Shown here one piece after another: positions 28,683-38,416 of a DNA stretch of 57,595 nt. The position numbers and the translations under genes are program-made. The DNA comes from Promethearchaeota archaeon (lineage in GTDB: Archaea; Asgardarchaeota; Lokiarchaeia; Sigyniarchaeales; SOKP01): NCBI GenBank assembly GCA_030603385.1, contig JAUVXW010000031.1:1-57595 (forward strand). Reading direction: 5' to 3'. The notes under the pieces are model-generated. The model worked only from the letters and a program-made list of their open reading frames with translations, made no database searches and was not told where the DNA came from. The stretch's first letter is position 1; each line of letters starts with the position of its first letter.

Positions 28683-30977
28683 ATGATAATTGAGGAATTT
28701 AATTTTTCAGATAAAAAAATTCCAATTGAAGGAAGAGAAGATATTAGCTCTTCTTTTAAAATTAATACTTACAAAACCAAATTAAAATTAATGGAAGATA
28801 AAAAAATTCCTCAAAAAAACATTAAAGAAGTTATTAATCATTTCTTTAACAAAAATAGAAATATCTCAAATAAAACAAAGAATGCAATTTCCAAAATTAT
28901 ATATTGCCAAAAAGTTAGAATCCTAATTTTAATTACACAATATGGTAAAGAGATTATAGTAAAGCGAGACAGATTAATAAGAGATTATGGATGGTTCTTT
29001 TTCATAGAAAAATCAACAAATGAATCTAAAAAGAAAAAACCTAAAAAAAAGGAGGAAAGAAACAAAGAACAAACAATAAGTACAGAAGAATTTCATTATG
29101 ATGATACCCAAATTCCTCTAAAACAAAAGGAACATATGAGGGCATTATATCGCACAAAAGAGTATAACCAATATTTGAAACTGATTAAATCTAAAGAAGT
29201 TCCTCAAATGGCTATAAGAGATGTTCTTGAAGATTTATTTTTCAAGGATGAGCTTGTTCCATCAGAAGAAAAAAAAGGAATTCGAAAAATAATCTATTAC
29301 CAAAAAGAGAAAGTAATAGTCATTAAATCTCTTATCGGCGATAAAATGTATGAAAATTTAGAAAACTTGGTGAGAAAGTATGGATGGTACTTCTACATTA
29401 CAGGGGTTCCTGTAGGAAAAAGTGAACTGTGTGTCGCAATAGATAAAATTGAAAAAAGTTTTTCTCAAGATTACTTTTCGAATATCTCGCTTGTCGAAGA
29501 ATCAAGCAATTCTAAGGATATTAGGGTGACTATCTATCCCATAGTCTTAAAACCTAATCATAATTGTCATATTTTAGGCTTAGGAAAATTAAATATTTTA
29601 TTGGATTGTGGCCTTTCAGAGAAAGATGAAGAAAATGATATCGAGGGAGATTTCAGACATGTTGAAGATTATCTCCAAAATTTACCCGATTTTATCTTAG
29701 AACAAGAGAAATTAAGGCAAGATACTGCAACAGAAGAACCAAAGATATCTGGTATAGGATATATTCCACGCAATCCCAAAATTGATGCAATCTTTATATC
29801 ACATAGCCATTATGATCATATTTCTGGTCTTAAGGAACTAATTAAATTATATCCTGATATTCCTATTTTAAGTTCAAGAATAACTTTGGACTTATATCTC
29901 CTTCGAGATTCTAATTTCCTTAAACAAGAAAACCATGATGACATCGAACAAGAAGAATACTTGAATATAGTTAAAAACATCATCTATGTTGAAAACGGTG
30001 ATAAGATTGAGTTTAAAGAAAATAATTGTTTCCTTTCATTTTTCCATGCAGGTCACATGCCTGGGGCTCTGATGATGTTAGCAAAAGTAAATGATTTCAG
30101 ATTACTTTATACTGGAGATTACACATACCATGATATTACACCTTTTGCAGGAACACGACGGTTCTTAGAACAAATATCTCGCCCTATTGACTACTTGTTG
30201 ATTGATGGTACCAGCGCTCAAGAAGACTTTGGCAATATATCTGATCAATTTCATAGCTTAATATTGTTCCTAGAACAAAAAGCCGAATATGGAGATAATT
30301 CTTTAATTGGAGCAGATCCCTCAAGTTTAGCAATATCATTTATGCTAACATTTTGGAGATATTTTAGAAAACTCCAAATAAGGCGTGATTACAAGAAACG
30401 TCCCAATATCTATGTTGATATGATGGTCAGAAAAAATATTCAGGTTATCAATCATCGATACGAATATATTTATGGTCCAATTTCTCGTTTGATTAAAGAC
30501 AAAGCAAATCCTTTTAATAGTATAAAGTTTAGATGGTTTGATCATAGTAATCTAGATTTTTTACATAAGAAAAATAATATTATCATCTCTCATCCCCCTG
30601 ATCTTTCTTATGGTTTAATTAGGAATATTATAAATAGTGTAGGACGCAGTCCACATAACTTTATTTTTCTTGCAGGATCGATTCATGAATCTCCCGGTGT
30701 AGAACTCATTGAAGGGGCAAATGAAATAGTGTTTTCAGAGACATGGAAAATGCCATTTCGAGCATTTCTCCTCAATACATTTGCTCCTCACATTAAAATA
30801 AAGCTTCATGCGGATAAAAATCAATTGAGAGAAATGATTAAAATTCTTGAACCAAAGGAAGTCTGCTTCTTCCATCAATCTGCCAAAAAGTTAACAGAAG
30901 CTGTAGTATACGTTAAAGAACTAGGTGTTGAGAAAGTTTCATTACCAAAAAAGAGATTACTTTCGATTTTAAATTAA
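28683..30977 (+). CDS. Beta-CASP metallo-beta-lactamase nuclease with duplicated N-terminal domain
   Basis: LLDCG, SHSHYDH, HAGHMPGA, YTGD, LHAD, FFHQ. Confidence 0.85.
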   Translation: MIIEEFNFSDKKIPIEGREDISSSFKINTYKTKLKLMEDKKIPQKNIKEVINHFFNKNRNISNKTKNAISKIIYCQKVRILILITQYGKEIIVKRDRLIRDYGWFFFIEKSTNESKKKKPKKKEERNKEQTISTEEFHYDDTQIPLKQKEHMRALYRTKEYNQYLKLIKSKEVPQMAIRDVLEDLFFKDELVPSEEKKGIRKIIYYQKEKVIVIKSLIGDKMYENLENLVRKYGWYFYITGVPVGKSELCVAIDKIEKSFSQDYFSNISLVEESSNSKDIRVTIYPIVLKPNHNCHILGLGKLNILLDCGLSEKDEENDIEGDFRHVEDYLQNLPDFILEQEKLRQDTATEEPKISGIGYIPRNPKIDAIFISHSHYDHISGLKELIKLYPDIPILSSRITLDLYLLRDSNFLKQENHDDIEQEEYLNIVKNIIYVENGDKIEFKENNCFLSFFHAGHMPGALMMLAKVNDFRLLYTGDYTYHDITPFAGTRRFLEQISRPIDYLLIDGTSAQEDFGNISDQFHSLILFLEQKAEYGDNSLIGADPSSLAISFMLTFWRYFRKLQIRRDYKKRPNIYVDMMVRKNIQVINHRYEYIYGPISRLIKDKANPFNSIKFRWFDHSNLDFLHKKNNIIISHPPDLSYGLIRNIINSVGRSPHNFIFLAGSIHESPGVELIEGANEIVFSETWKMPFRAFLLNTFAPHIKIKLHADKNQLREMIKILEPKEVCFFHQSAKKLTEAVVYVKELGVEKVSLPKKRLLSILN

Positions 30978-31054
30978 TATAAGAAATAATGCATAAAACT
31001 TTAAGTCAATAATTTCTTATTCATCATAGAATACATAGTAATAAGGTGAGTTAA

Positions 31055-31435
31055 ATTTATTCAGAAAAGGTTATGGAACACTTTAGGAATCCCCGAAACA
31101 TGGGGGAAATGAAAGATGCTGACGCAATCGGAGAGTTTGGTAATCCGACATGCGGGGACCTTATGTCAATTTATATCAAAGTCAAAGAAGAAAATGGACA
31201 AGAGCTTATAGATGATATATCTTTTCAGACATTCGGTTGTGCAGCTGCTATTGCAACTTCCTCAATGATTACAGAATTGGCAAAGGGAAAAACATTAGAA
31301 GAAGCCTCTAACATTTCTCGAGATGATATAGCTGAATCTTTGGATGGACTTCCCCCCATAAAATTGCATTGTAGCAATTTAGCTGCTGATGCTTTGAAAG
31401 ATGCTATTAAAAAGTATCGAGAAAATAAAAAGTAA
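31055..31435 (+). CDS. iscU: Fe-S cluster scaffold IscU/NifU with ATT start
   Basis: GNPTCGD, FQTFGCAAAIA, KLHCSNL. Conserved YSEKV lies upstream of the first ATG (31073). Confidence 0.93.
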   Translation: MYSEKVMEHFRNPRNMGEMKDADAIGEFGNPTCGDLMSIYIKVKEENGQELIDDISFQTFGCAAAIATSSMITELAKGKTLEEASNISRDDIAESLDGLPPIKLHCSNLAADALKDAIKKYRENKK

Positions 31436-31473
31436 CGAAGTTCCTTTAGAGATCTTTATTTCTTATTGGCATT

Positions 31474-32235
31474 TTAAATCTCAACTGAATTACTGCCATC
31501 AATAACTTTTATATTTGAAATGTAAGCAATTTTTTGGACATCTGACAATAACTCAACTTTCGAGTCCAATTCTCTTGAAAACTCTCTGCTCTTTTTGAAT
31601 GACAATAATTTTGACTTTTGCTTAAAGGTGACAATGAAACTAATGCGATTTGTATTCTCATCTATCGAATCGATTCCTAACATCGTATAATATTTCAAAT
31701 GGCGCACGAAGATAGGACTCAGTACTTGGGCGTAATCTTTGGAAACGGGAAAATCAAGTTCTAAAATATCTTGTGCTAAGCCTTTCTGTCCGAATCCTGT
31801 ATAAGTCATGAAATACATTAAGAAACAACCAACACAAGTAAGCATTATACCTACTATAAAAAACCGAGTTCCACAAGCCATTCCTACAGCCATTACAAAG
31901 AATATAAAACCGACATCTCTTGTTTCTTTTAGAGCATTTCTGAATCGAACAATGGAAAGTGCACCTACCAATGTAAAAGCTCGAGCTATATCTGACCCAA
32001 TAATTATCATAATAATCCCTACAATCACTCCTAATAATACTAAAGTCTGAGTGAAATTTTGTGAATATGAGATGCTTCGATGAGTTCCTCTATATGTAAT
32101 TCCAATAAGGATTGATAATATGATACTCCAAAAGAATACAATTATAACGTCAGTCACTTCTATTATGTCAATATTGGAACCTAATGAAAAAAAAGAATCT
32201 TCAATAAATTTCTTAAAAAAATCATCCAACCACAT
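31474..32235 (-). CDS. DUF4956 membrane protein
   Basis: AFTLVGALSIVRFR, FFVMAVGMACG. Confidence 0.9.
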   Translation of the reverse strand: MWLDDFFKKFIEDSFFSLGSNIDIIEVTDVIIVFFWSIILSILIGITYRGTHRSISYSQNFTQTLVLLGVIVGIIMIIIGSDIARAFTLVGALSIVRFRNALKETRDVGFIFFVMAVGMACGTRFFIVGIMLTCVGCFLMYFMTYTGFGQKGLAQDILELDFPVSKDYAQVLSPIFVRHLKYYTMLGIDSIDENTNRISFIVTFKQKSKLLSFKKSREFSRELDSKVELLSDVQKIAYISNIKVIDGSNSVEI

Positions 32236-32338
32236 AAATCTTTAATTATTTTTAATATAAAAAAAGTTTATGTATAGGATAATATCTGATTACGAAACTT
32301 AGTCACTTTGAATAATTGATGAAAATGAATAAATCTAA

Positions 32339-33085
32339 TTATACTAATGCAAATGTCCTTGTTTTTTCTAATCCATTGGCAAACTTAGAAATTTTATATT
32401 GTAAACAATTGTTTTTTTGAATAATCTTTATAGCCCAATTTGGAACAATATTGTTAAATTTCACTTCCATTATACATATTACTCGCGGGACTATAAATTT
32501 TGATCCACCCCCGAAATGAAGATCAAGATTATAATTTCGTACCATTACATTAGTGTCAAAGGTTAATCTAAATGTTTTTTCAATTTTTGAAAGAAACGGT
32601 TGCCTCTTATAAGTTACAATGCATGCAGGTTTTAGATTATATCTTTTATTAAGAAACCAAATTTCCTTCAATGTATTCTTATCTTGAGCAGAAGCTTTAC
32701 TATAGAAAAGTTTAGCTTCATTATGATTTCCATCTAAAATGTTTATTGAGCTTTCTAGAGGAACATAAACTCTACTCTTTGCCACGTTTTCATTAATTTT
32801 CTTTTTAATTTCGATAAAAACAAATTTCTCGTCACTTTTCATAAAATTAGGATAATACCTAATCCTTAATTTTCGTCTTATTGCAATTCCATCCTTTTTT
32901 TCTAGAAATGAGTGGTGGAAATTTGAATCAAAATATAAACTCCTTACTTCGTAGTCATAATTATTTTTAACATGAGGATCCAATTTCATAAAAGGTTGAA
33001 TGAAATTAAGTAATCTGTCTCGTTCTCGCAAGGAAATCTGATACTTTATCTCAAACCGGTTAAAATATTTTTGAAATTTCTGTAT
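32339..33085 (-). CDS. VTC-domain (polyphosphate polymerase-like) protein with ATA start
   Basis: RFEIKY, VRSLYFD, RKLRIRYY, FIEIK, RLTFD, MEVKF, ISKF. Confidence 0.9.
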   Translation of the reverse strand: MQKFQKYFNRFEIKYQISLRERDRLLNFIQPFMKLDPHVKNNYDYEVRSLYFDSNFHHSFLEKKDGIAIRRKLRIRYYPNFMKSDEKFVFIEIKKKINENVAKSRVYVPLESSINILDGNHNEAKLFYSKASAQDKNTLKEIWFLNKRYNLKPACIVTYKRQPFLSKIEKTFRLTFDTNVMVRNYNLDLHFGGGSKFIVPRVICIMEVKFNNIVPNWAIKIIQKNNCLQYKISKFANGLEKTRTFALV

Positions 33086-33114
33086 AGTTTAACACCAATT
33101 CATTATAATTTTTT

Positions 33115-36060
33115 TTATAGTAGTGGAATCGACATATTTACATATGCTGTTCGTCCATTTAAAAAGTTCAATACACGAGGGATAGATACATAGCGGTACC
33201 AATTTAAAGGAATCTCGTTTGGATACCAAGCAGCACCGGGATTTGGAACGGGATCAGTAAATGTATATGGTTGAATGACATCATATTCGATTAAATAAAA
33301 CCCATTGTTTACTTTATCTATAATTAATGTCATATTATCTACAATCTTCTGATGTGAATTTAAATATGGATCGGTAAAATCTGATTCAGTTATTAAATTA
33401 TCCCAAAGGGGTCTATTATTTGGATCAATCCCAAAATTTTCACTTATCCAATCAAAATATCCATTATAGCCTGCAAGTAATGGAGCAAACCTAAAATCCG
33501 GAGAATAAGGAAACTCATACCCGATTATAGAAAACTGAGTTCCGATATTAAAGTTCTGTTCAATGTCCCACGGGATGAACACAAATCCAAATTTTGGGTC
33601 AGAATATAAGAAATAATTATGTGGAAGAAAAACATAATCATCCCAATTACCTTGAAAATTACTCGCAGCAAAATATTTCGAAAGAAGGGTTAAGTTAGTA
33701 ACTTCGCGAATATTGCTCCAATTAAAATTAATATATTGAATAAATTTTTGCAAATCAGAGAAATCATCTTGTTCCTCATTAGTCCTCAATTCATATACTT
33801 GACGACCATCCCATGGATTTACATAATTTTTCACATCTGCTACATAATCAAGATCTGCTTGAATATCAGTAGACTTGTATAGATTTCCTTCTGGATTTTT
33901 AAAGTTAAAACGAAGAAATGTTTTATCGATATCTTCTGTGAGTAAATACAAACCTATATATACTTTAGGGTCAATAATAGAGCCGTCATCGTCAGTTTTA
34001 GTTAAGTAAAGCTTTGTCCAGCTAATCCTTGGACAGGGATATCCAAGAATATTATAAAGCTCATAACCCGCAAATTCATTCATAAATGAAAAATCAATCG
34101 GGGCAGCCCGTAAATTTAATCTTTTTACTCCTAGAAACCGTCTATCTTCATTATCTGGAAAATTTTTGTAAACTCCTCCCCCGATATACAAGTCTGGTTC
34201 AGAAAATTTTAATTTGAAAGAATTTTTAGGATAAAGATTATTATAATTACCTCGAATTCGAAATCCTACGTTATCCATTGAATAGTCATTAAATAACATA
34301 TCACAAGGCATGTACAGGCGGTTTGTCCATCGATTACCATCAAATTTACGATTTAATATATCATTGAAATAATTTTTTTGAATTACAATACTAATCTCAT
34401 GAACTTCATTAATTGAAAATAGTTCTGTTGATTTGTAGTATTGTCGTCTTGCGGTTGGGGTGGCGAACCCAAAAATTTCATTATCTTCTCTATAGGGGGG
34501 TTGAAGATTATCAACAAAACTATTAGTATGTTTAGTATTAAAGATATAATCAATTAAGTCTGCTCTAGTGGTTATCCAATTTTCAACAGTATTGAGGATA
34601 ATATCAGCCCATTCTTCATTTTGGGTGGTTTTAATTAGAGCATTTTGGATTGGTAAGTAGATGTCTTGAAAATAGTTAATAATTTCGTCAGGATCCCAAA
34701 TATTGTCATGAATATAATCCCACCGCTTAATTACATCTGAAATAAATTCAATATTTATTGAGGAATTCTCTGGAAAGAGTAATCGATAATATAAATTACT
34801 CCACACAACAGAATGGATTACACTGTTACTGCTGTTTAACCAAAGATCAATGGGAATAGAGCCATACTTACTAAATCCCCAACTCTGAGCAAAATTCCAA
34901 GGAATAAAACTAAATTTTGCTCCTAAATCTTGATTTAGTACTAAGTAATATGAAGAACCCTCAGTTATTTCATGTCCTACGAGTAAACTAAATAACAGAT
35001 TATCAATTATTGAATCCTTTTCAAAAATTGTAAAAATACCGTTTTGTTCATTGAAAAAATCAATTTCTGATGAATTTTGAATGAATTCTGTAATATTTTT
35101 AATAATATTAGAACAATCCACTAGATTTGGGTAGATTTGTTCCCAGCGTGGATTAAGACTATCTGGATATGTATAGAAATCCCCATCCCAATTTGTTGCT
35201 TTAAATATCATATCGTTTTCTTCAGGAGCACCAAGATTTTCTTCGTCTAAATCCATCATTTTTCTATCTATCCTTTCAGATAGAAGATAAAGGCCTTGGT
35301 AACCCCCATTTATAAAAACTTCGACAAGCTTGGTATGTGGTAGCCTAATATTCGAATCGTTATTTTGAATCATATTATAGATGTCAAAACCCATCTTTGT
35401 CCTAAGAGCATCCAAGTTTATTCCAGAGGGTAAAAGAAGCCAATCATCATCATCACGAATTTGAAAAATATTTTCATTCTGATATAATTCAAAGGAATAT
35501 CCTCCATCAGAATTCCTTTTCCTAATATTAGCAGCTAAATAATGATTTGCCCATCGAGAATTCACAAATTCATTTGAAATAGGAGAAAATTTTAAGAAAC
35601 ATTGCTGAGAATCATTTGAAATTCCGTGTGAAACATCAATATTAATAGTCGGGACCTCTGGGGAATATGTTATTGACCCTACACTATCTTGATATGTAAA
35701 GTAGATAAAGGATGATAGAGTAATAGCTGCAATTATGAGTAAAGGAGTTAATTCTCGTTTTAATCTTGAGGGTCTTAATTTTTCCATAGGCCCTGAGGGC
35801 TTGGAGGGTGAAGGTGGTCTAATCACCTTCTCTGTAAACGGGCGGGTAGTGCTTTTTTGTTTTTCTCTAAGTTTTTTTTTGATTTCTTCGGATTTTCTAT
35901 CCCTCTCCCTTTCTTCATCTTTTTTTCTTCTTTGGGTCTCTTCAATTCTATTCATTCTTTCGCTCATTTGATGAGTGAAATTGTTTTCAAGCTCATCTTT
36001 AGAACCTTTGTTCTTATCCGTACCAGATTCATCTTTGTCCTCTCCCGTTTCATCTTTCAT
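33115..36060 (-). CDS. Membrane-anchored protein with two tandem CotH kinase-like domains
   Basis: Charged N-terminus and one TM. Domain 1 has YQGLYLLSERID. Domain 2 has RIRGN, KNSFKLKF, GLYLLTEDID, NWD, HNYFLY, PWD. Confidence 0.88.
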   Translation of the reverse strand: MKDETGEDKDESGTDKNKGSKDELENNFTHQMSERMNRIEETQRRKKDEERERDRKSEEIKKKLREKQKSTTRPFTEKVIRPPSPSKPSGPMEKLRPSRLKRELTPLLIIAAITLSSFIYFTYQDSVGSITYSPEVPTINIDVSHGISNDSQQCFLKFSPISNEFVNSRWANHYLAANIRKRNSDGGYSFELYQNENIFQIRDDDDWLLLPSGINLDALRTKMGFDIYNMIQNNDSNIRLPHTKLVEVFINGGYQGLYLLSERIDRKMMDLDEENLGAPEENDMIFKATNWDGDFYTYPDSLNPRWEQIYPNLVDCSNIIKNITEFIQNSSEIDFFNEQNGIFTIFEKDSIIDNLLFSLLVGHEITEGSSYYLVLNQDLGAKFSFIPWNFAQSWGFSKYGSIPIDLWLNSSNSVIHSVVWSNLYYRLLFPENSSINIEFISDVIKRWDYIHDNIWDPDEIINYFQDIYLPIQNALIKTTQNEEWADIILNTVENWITTRADLIDYIFNTKHTNSFVDNLQPPYREDNEIFGFATPTARRQYYKSTELFSINEVHEISIVIQKNYFNDILNRKFDGNRWTNRLYMPCDMLFNDYSMDNVGFRIRGNYNNLYPKNSFKLKFSEPDLYIGGGVYKNFPDNEDRRFLGVKRLNLRAAPIDFSFMNEFAGYELYNILGYPCPRISWTKLYLTKTDDDGSIIDPKVYIGLYLLTEDIDKTFLRFNFKNPEGNLYKSTDIQADLDYVADVKNYVNPWDGRQVYELRTNEEQDDFSDLQKFIQYINFNWSNIREVTNLTLLSKYFAASNFQGNWDDYVFLPHNYFLYSDPKFGFVFIPWDIEQNFNIGTQFSIIGYEFPYSPDFRFAPLLAGYNGYFDWISENFGIDPNNRPLWDNLITESDFTDPYLNSHQKIVDNMTLIIDKVNNGFYLIEYDVIQPYTFTDPVPNPGAAWYPNEIPLNWYRYVSIPRVLNFLNGRTAYVNMSIPLL

Positions 36061-36307
36061 AAATAATTACCTTATCTTAATCATCTTTTATTCAAACATT
36101 TCAACATCCTTACTGCTTTCAAAACCTTTTATGAATAAATAAATTATGCATTTTTTTTTTAAACACTTAAAAATCTTTACATTAATTTACAATTTTGGAT
36201 GATAAATTTCAAATTTTAATGAAATTATTGGAATGATTTACAGAATATAAACAAAATCTTAATTAAATCATTTAATTTATAGAATACTAAAATAAGGAAT
36301 TAAAAAA

Positions 36308-36535
36308 ATGATCTTACATACATATGACTTAGGTCCTTTTCATTGGGTTTTCATGTTAGTGGGAGGGATAGTATATTTCATTGTTAGCTTGTTAATTGCT
36401 CGATATATGCACAAAGATGCTATAAAGAGGGGAATAAAAAATAGCGAAATCTGGTTATTACTTGGATTTTTCCTAAACCTAATCGGATTAGTTCTTTATC
36501 TAGTCGTTAGGAAAAATTACGAGGAGAGAACTTAA
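36308..36535 (+). CDS. Small 2-TM membrane protein
   Basis: HKDAIKRG...WLLLGFFLNLIGLVLYLVVR. Confidence 0.75.
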   Translation: MILHTYDLGPFHWVFMLVGGIVYFIVSLLIARYMHKDAIKRGIKNSEIWLLLGFFLNLIGLVLYLVVRKNYEERT

Positions 36536-36642
36536 GACATAATATCCAAAAAGAAGTAAGGTATAAATTTTAATCACACCCTTTTTTTTTAAATCCTCTA
36601 TTTCTTCTCTCTATCTATAATTAATTTTATCTTTGCTACTTT

Positions 36643-37086
36643 TCATGCGCTATGTAAAGAATTTCTATATGCTTTTGCACAATGTTCACAACAAAAATTC
36701 ATTTCTTCACCATGAATCGGTTCAGTATGAAACTTTCCGTATAATTTAACACCACAACTTTTACAGATTTCGAGTTTTGATTGAATAGCAACCTCGATCA
36801 GATTATCAAACCTAGAAAAAATTCTATCAATGAAATCACTCCCGGAAAGAGTTAGCTTATATCCTTTAGAGCGTTTAGATTCTTCAGTGACGATTTCTTC
36901 AATATATCCTTCTGCTTTAAGTTTTTTAAGAAAATCATAGACATAAGTAGGGCTAGCAGTTTTTCCTAAGTCTTTTTTTAATCTTTCAAGGATATAATAA
37001 CCAGTTACAGCCTCTTTTGATTTTATCATAACTAAAGAATATAGTTTAGTTAAATTTAGAACTTTTAAATCGGTTTCTTCCGTCAT
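36643..37086 (-). CDS. PadR-family regulator with C-terminal Cys-rich metal-binding domain
   Basis: TGYYI...SPTYVYDFLKKLKAEGYI...YKLT; tail CKSCG...FCCEHCA. Confidence 0.85.
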   Translation of the reverse strand: MTEETDLKVLNLTKLYSLVMIKSKEAVTGYYILERLKKDLGKTASPTYVYDFLKKLKAEGYIEEIVTEESKRSKGYKLTLSGSDFIDRIFSRFDNLIEVAIQSKLEICKSCGVKLYGKFHTEPIHGEEMNFCCEHCAKAYRNSLHSA

Positions 37087-37237
37087 CTAATATCCTCGAA
37101 TTTAATTTTTTTATAATAATTATATTATATAAAAAAACCATAATATTTAAATATATATTTTTCCGTATATATACTCAAGAGTAATATTTTTTATAAAATA
37201 AAAGTCGTTTATAATTGAAAAATTTTGGTGATAATTT

Positions 37238-37543
37238 ATGGCTTTAGACGGTTTTCATGCAGGTGATATGTTTGATATGATGGAATGGAGCTCAGAAGTT
37301 TGGTTTTTTATAATTTTTATAGGTATCGTTAGTTTTATCTTGATTATCTTAATTTTGTTTTACATTATGAGAAAAGGGACAAATCACCTTGAAAGCACTA
37401 AGTCTTCTGATCAGGAATTCAAAAAAACAGAATTAAAAAGTAACCCACTACTCGAAGAAGCAAAGTTCTGTCCTGAATGTGGAGCAAAATTTGAAAAAAT
37501 GGATTTAACATATTGTCCAGCATGTGGCCATAAGATTCAATAA
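37238..37543 (+). CDS. Single-TM double zinc-ribbon protein
   Basis: TM segment followed by FCPECG...YCPACG. Confidence 0.8.
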   Translation: MALDGFHAGDMFDMMEWSSEVWFFIIFIGIVSFILIILILFYIMRKGTNHLESTKSSDQEFKKTELKSNPLLEEAKFCPECGAKFEKMDLTYCPACGHKIQ

Positions 37544-37562
37544 AAGTGGTGAACCAATTAAA

Positions 37563-38234
37563 ATGGCATCTAAAAGAGGAAATTTGAGAAATTTTAAAGT
37601 CGAACCAAATCCTACTTTAGATGTTTATAATAATTTGGCTAAATCTTATGATAAAAGAAACCAAATGATGGAGTTTGTGTTATCTAAGGGAAGATCAATT
37701 TTTTCAGTCATTAAGGGGGATGTTTTAGAAGTTGGTGCTGGAACTGGAATTAATCTAAAGTATTATAATGCAGAAGCGAAAATTATTGCTTTAGATTGGA
37801 GCAATGAGATGGTATCACAAGCACAATTTAAAGTAAAAAAATATAACTTAGATAATATTAAAGAAATCATTGTAGGAGATATCCAAAAATTAAGCGATTA
37901 TTTTGATCCTGAATCTTTTGATTATGTAACATCTAGTTGTGTTTTTTGTTCTGTTCCCAATCCTATTTCAGGTCTTAAAGAGGTTTCTAAAGTTTTAAAA
38001 CCTTCCGGTAAATTAATTCAGATTGAACATGGATTATCAACAATTAAACCCATCAATATGTGCCTAAAATTTTTTGATCCATATACTTACAAGAGATTAG
38101 GATTCCATCTTAATAGAAACCATATCAGAAACCTTGAAAATTCTGGATTTGAAGTAACTTATCAACATAATATTGATCCAACAGGAATTTTCCGTTTATT
38201 AATTTCAAAAAAGTCTTTTAAGTATGAAATTTGA
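37563..38234 (+). CDS. Class I SAM-dependent methyltransferase
   Basis: LEVGAGTG, VFCSVPNP, LKPSG, IEH; GGTGA SD before ATG at 37563. Confidence 0.9.
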   Translation: MASKRGNLRNFKVEPNPTLDVYNNLAKSYDKRNQMMEFVLSKGRSIFSVIKGDVLEVGAGTGINLKYYNAEAKIIALDWSNEMVSQAQFKVKKYNLDNIKEIIVGDIQKLSDYFDPESFDYVTSSCVFCSVPNPISGLKEVSKVLKPSGKLIQIEHGLSTIKPINMCLKFFDPYTYKRLGFHLNRNHIRNLENSGFEVTYQHNIDPTGIFRLLISKKSFKYEI

Positions 38235-38416
38235 GGTGGCATAAAGGTAATCGTATATATATTAATTAATGGTTATTTTAAATTTTTAAAAAATAACAAA
38301 TCTATTAAATTTTTTACAAATTTCAAGAAAAATAATATTAAATTATTTCAAAATATAAGCAAAAGGTATAATTATTAAATTTGGTAGTAAGAAATAGGAA
38401 AACAAGGTAATAAAAT

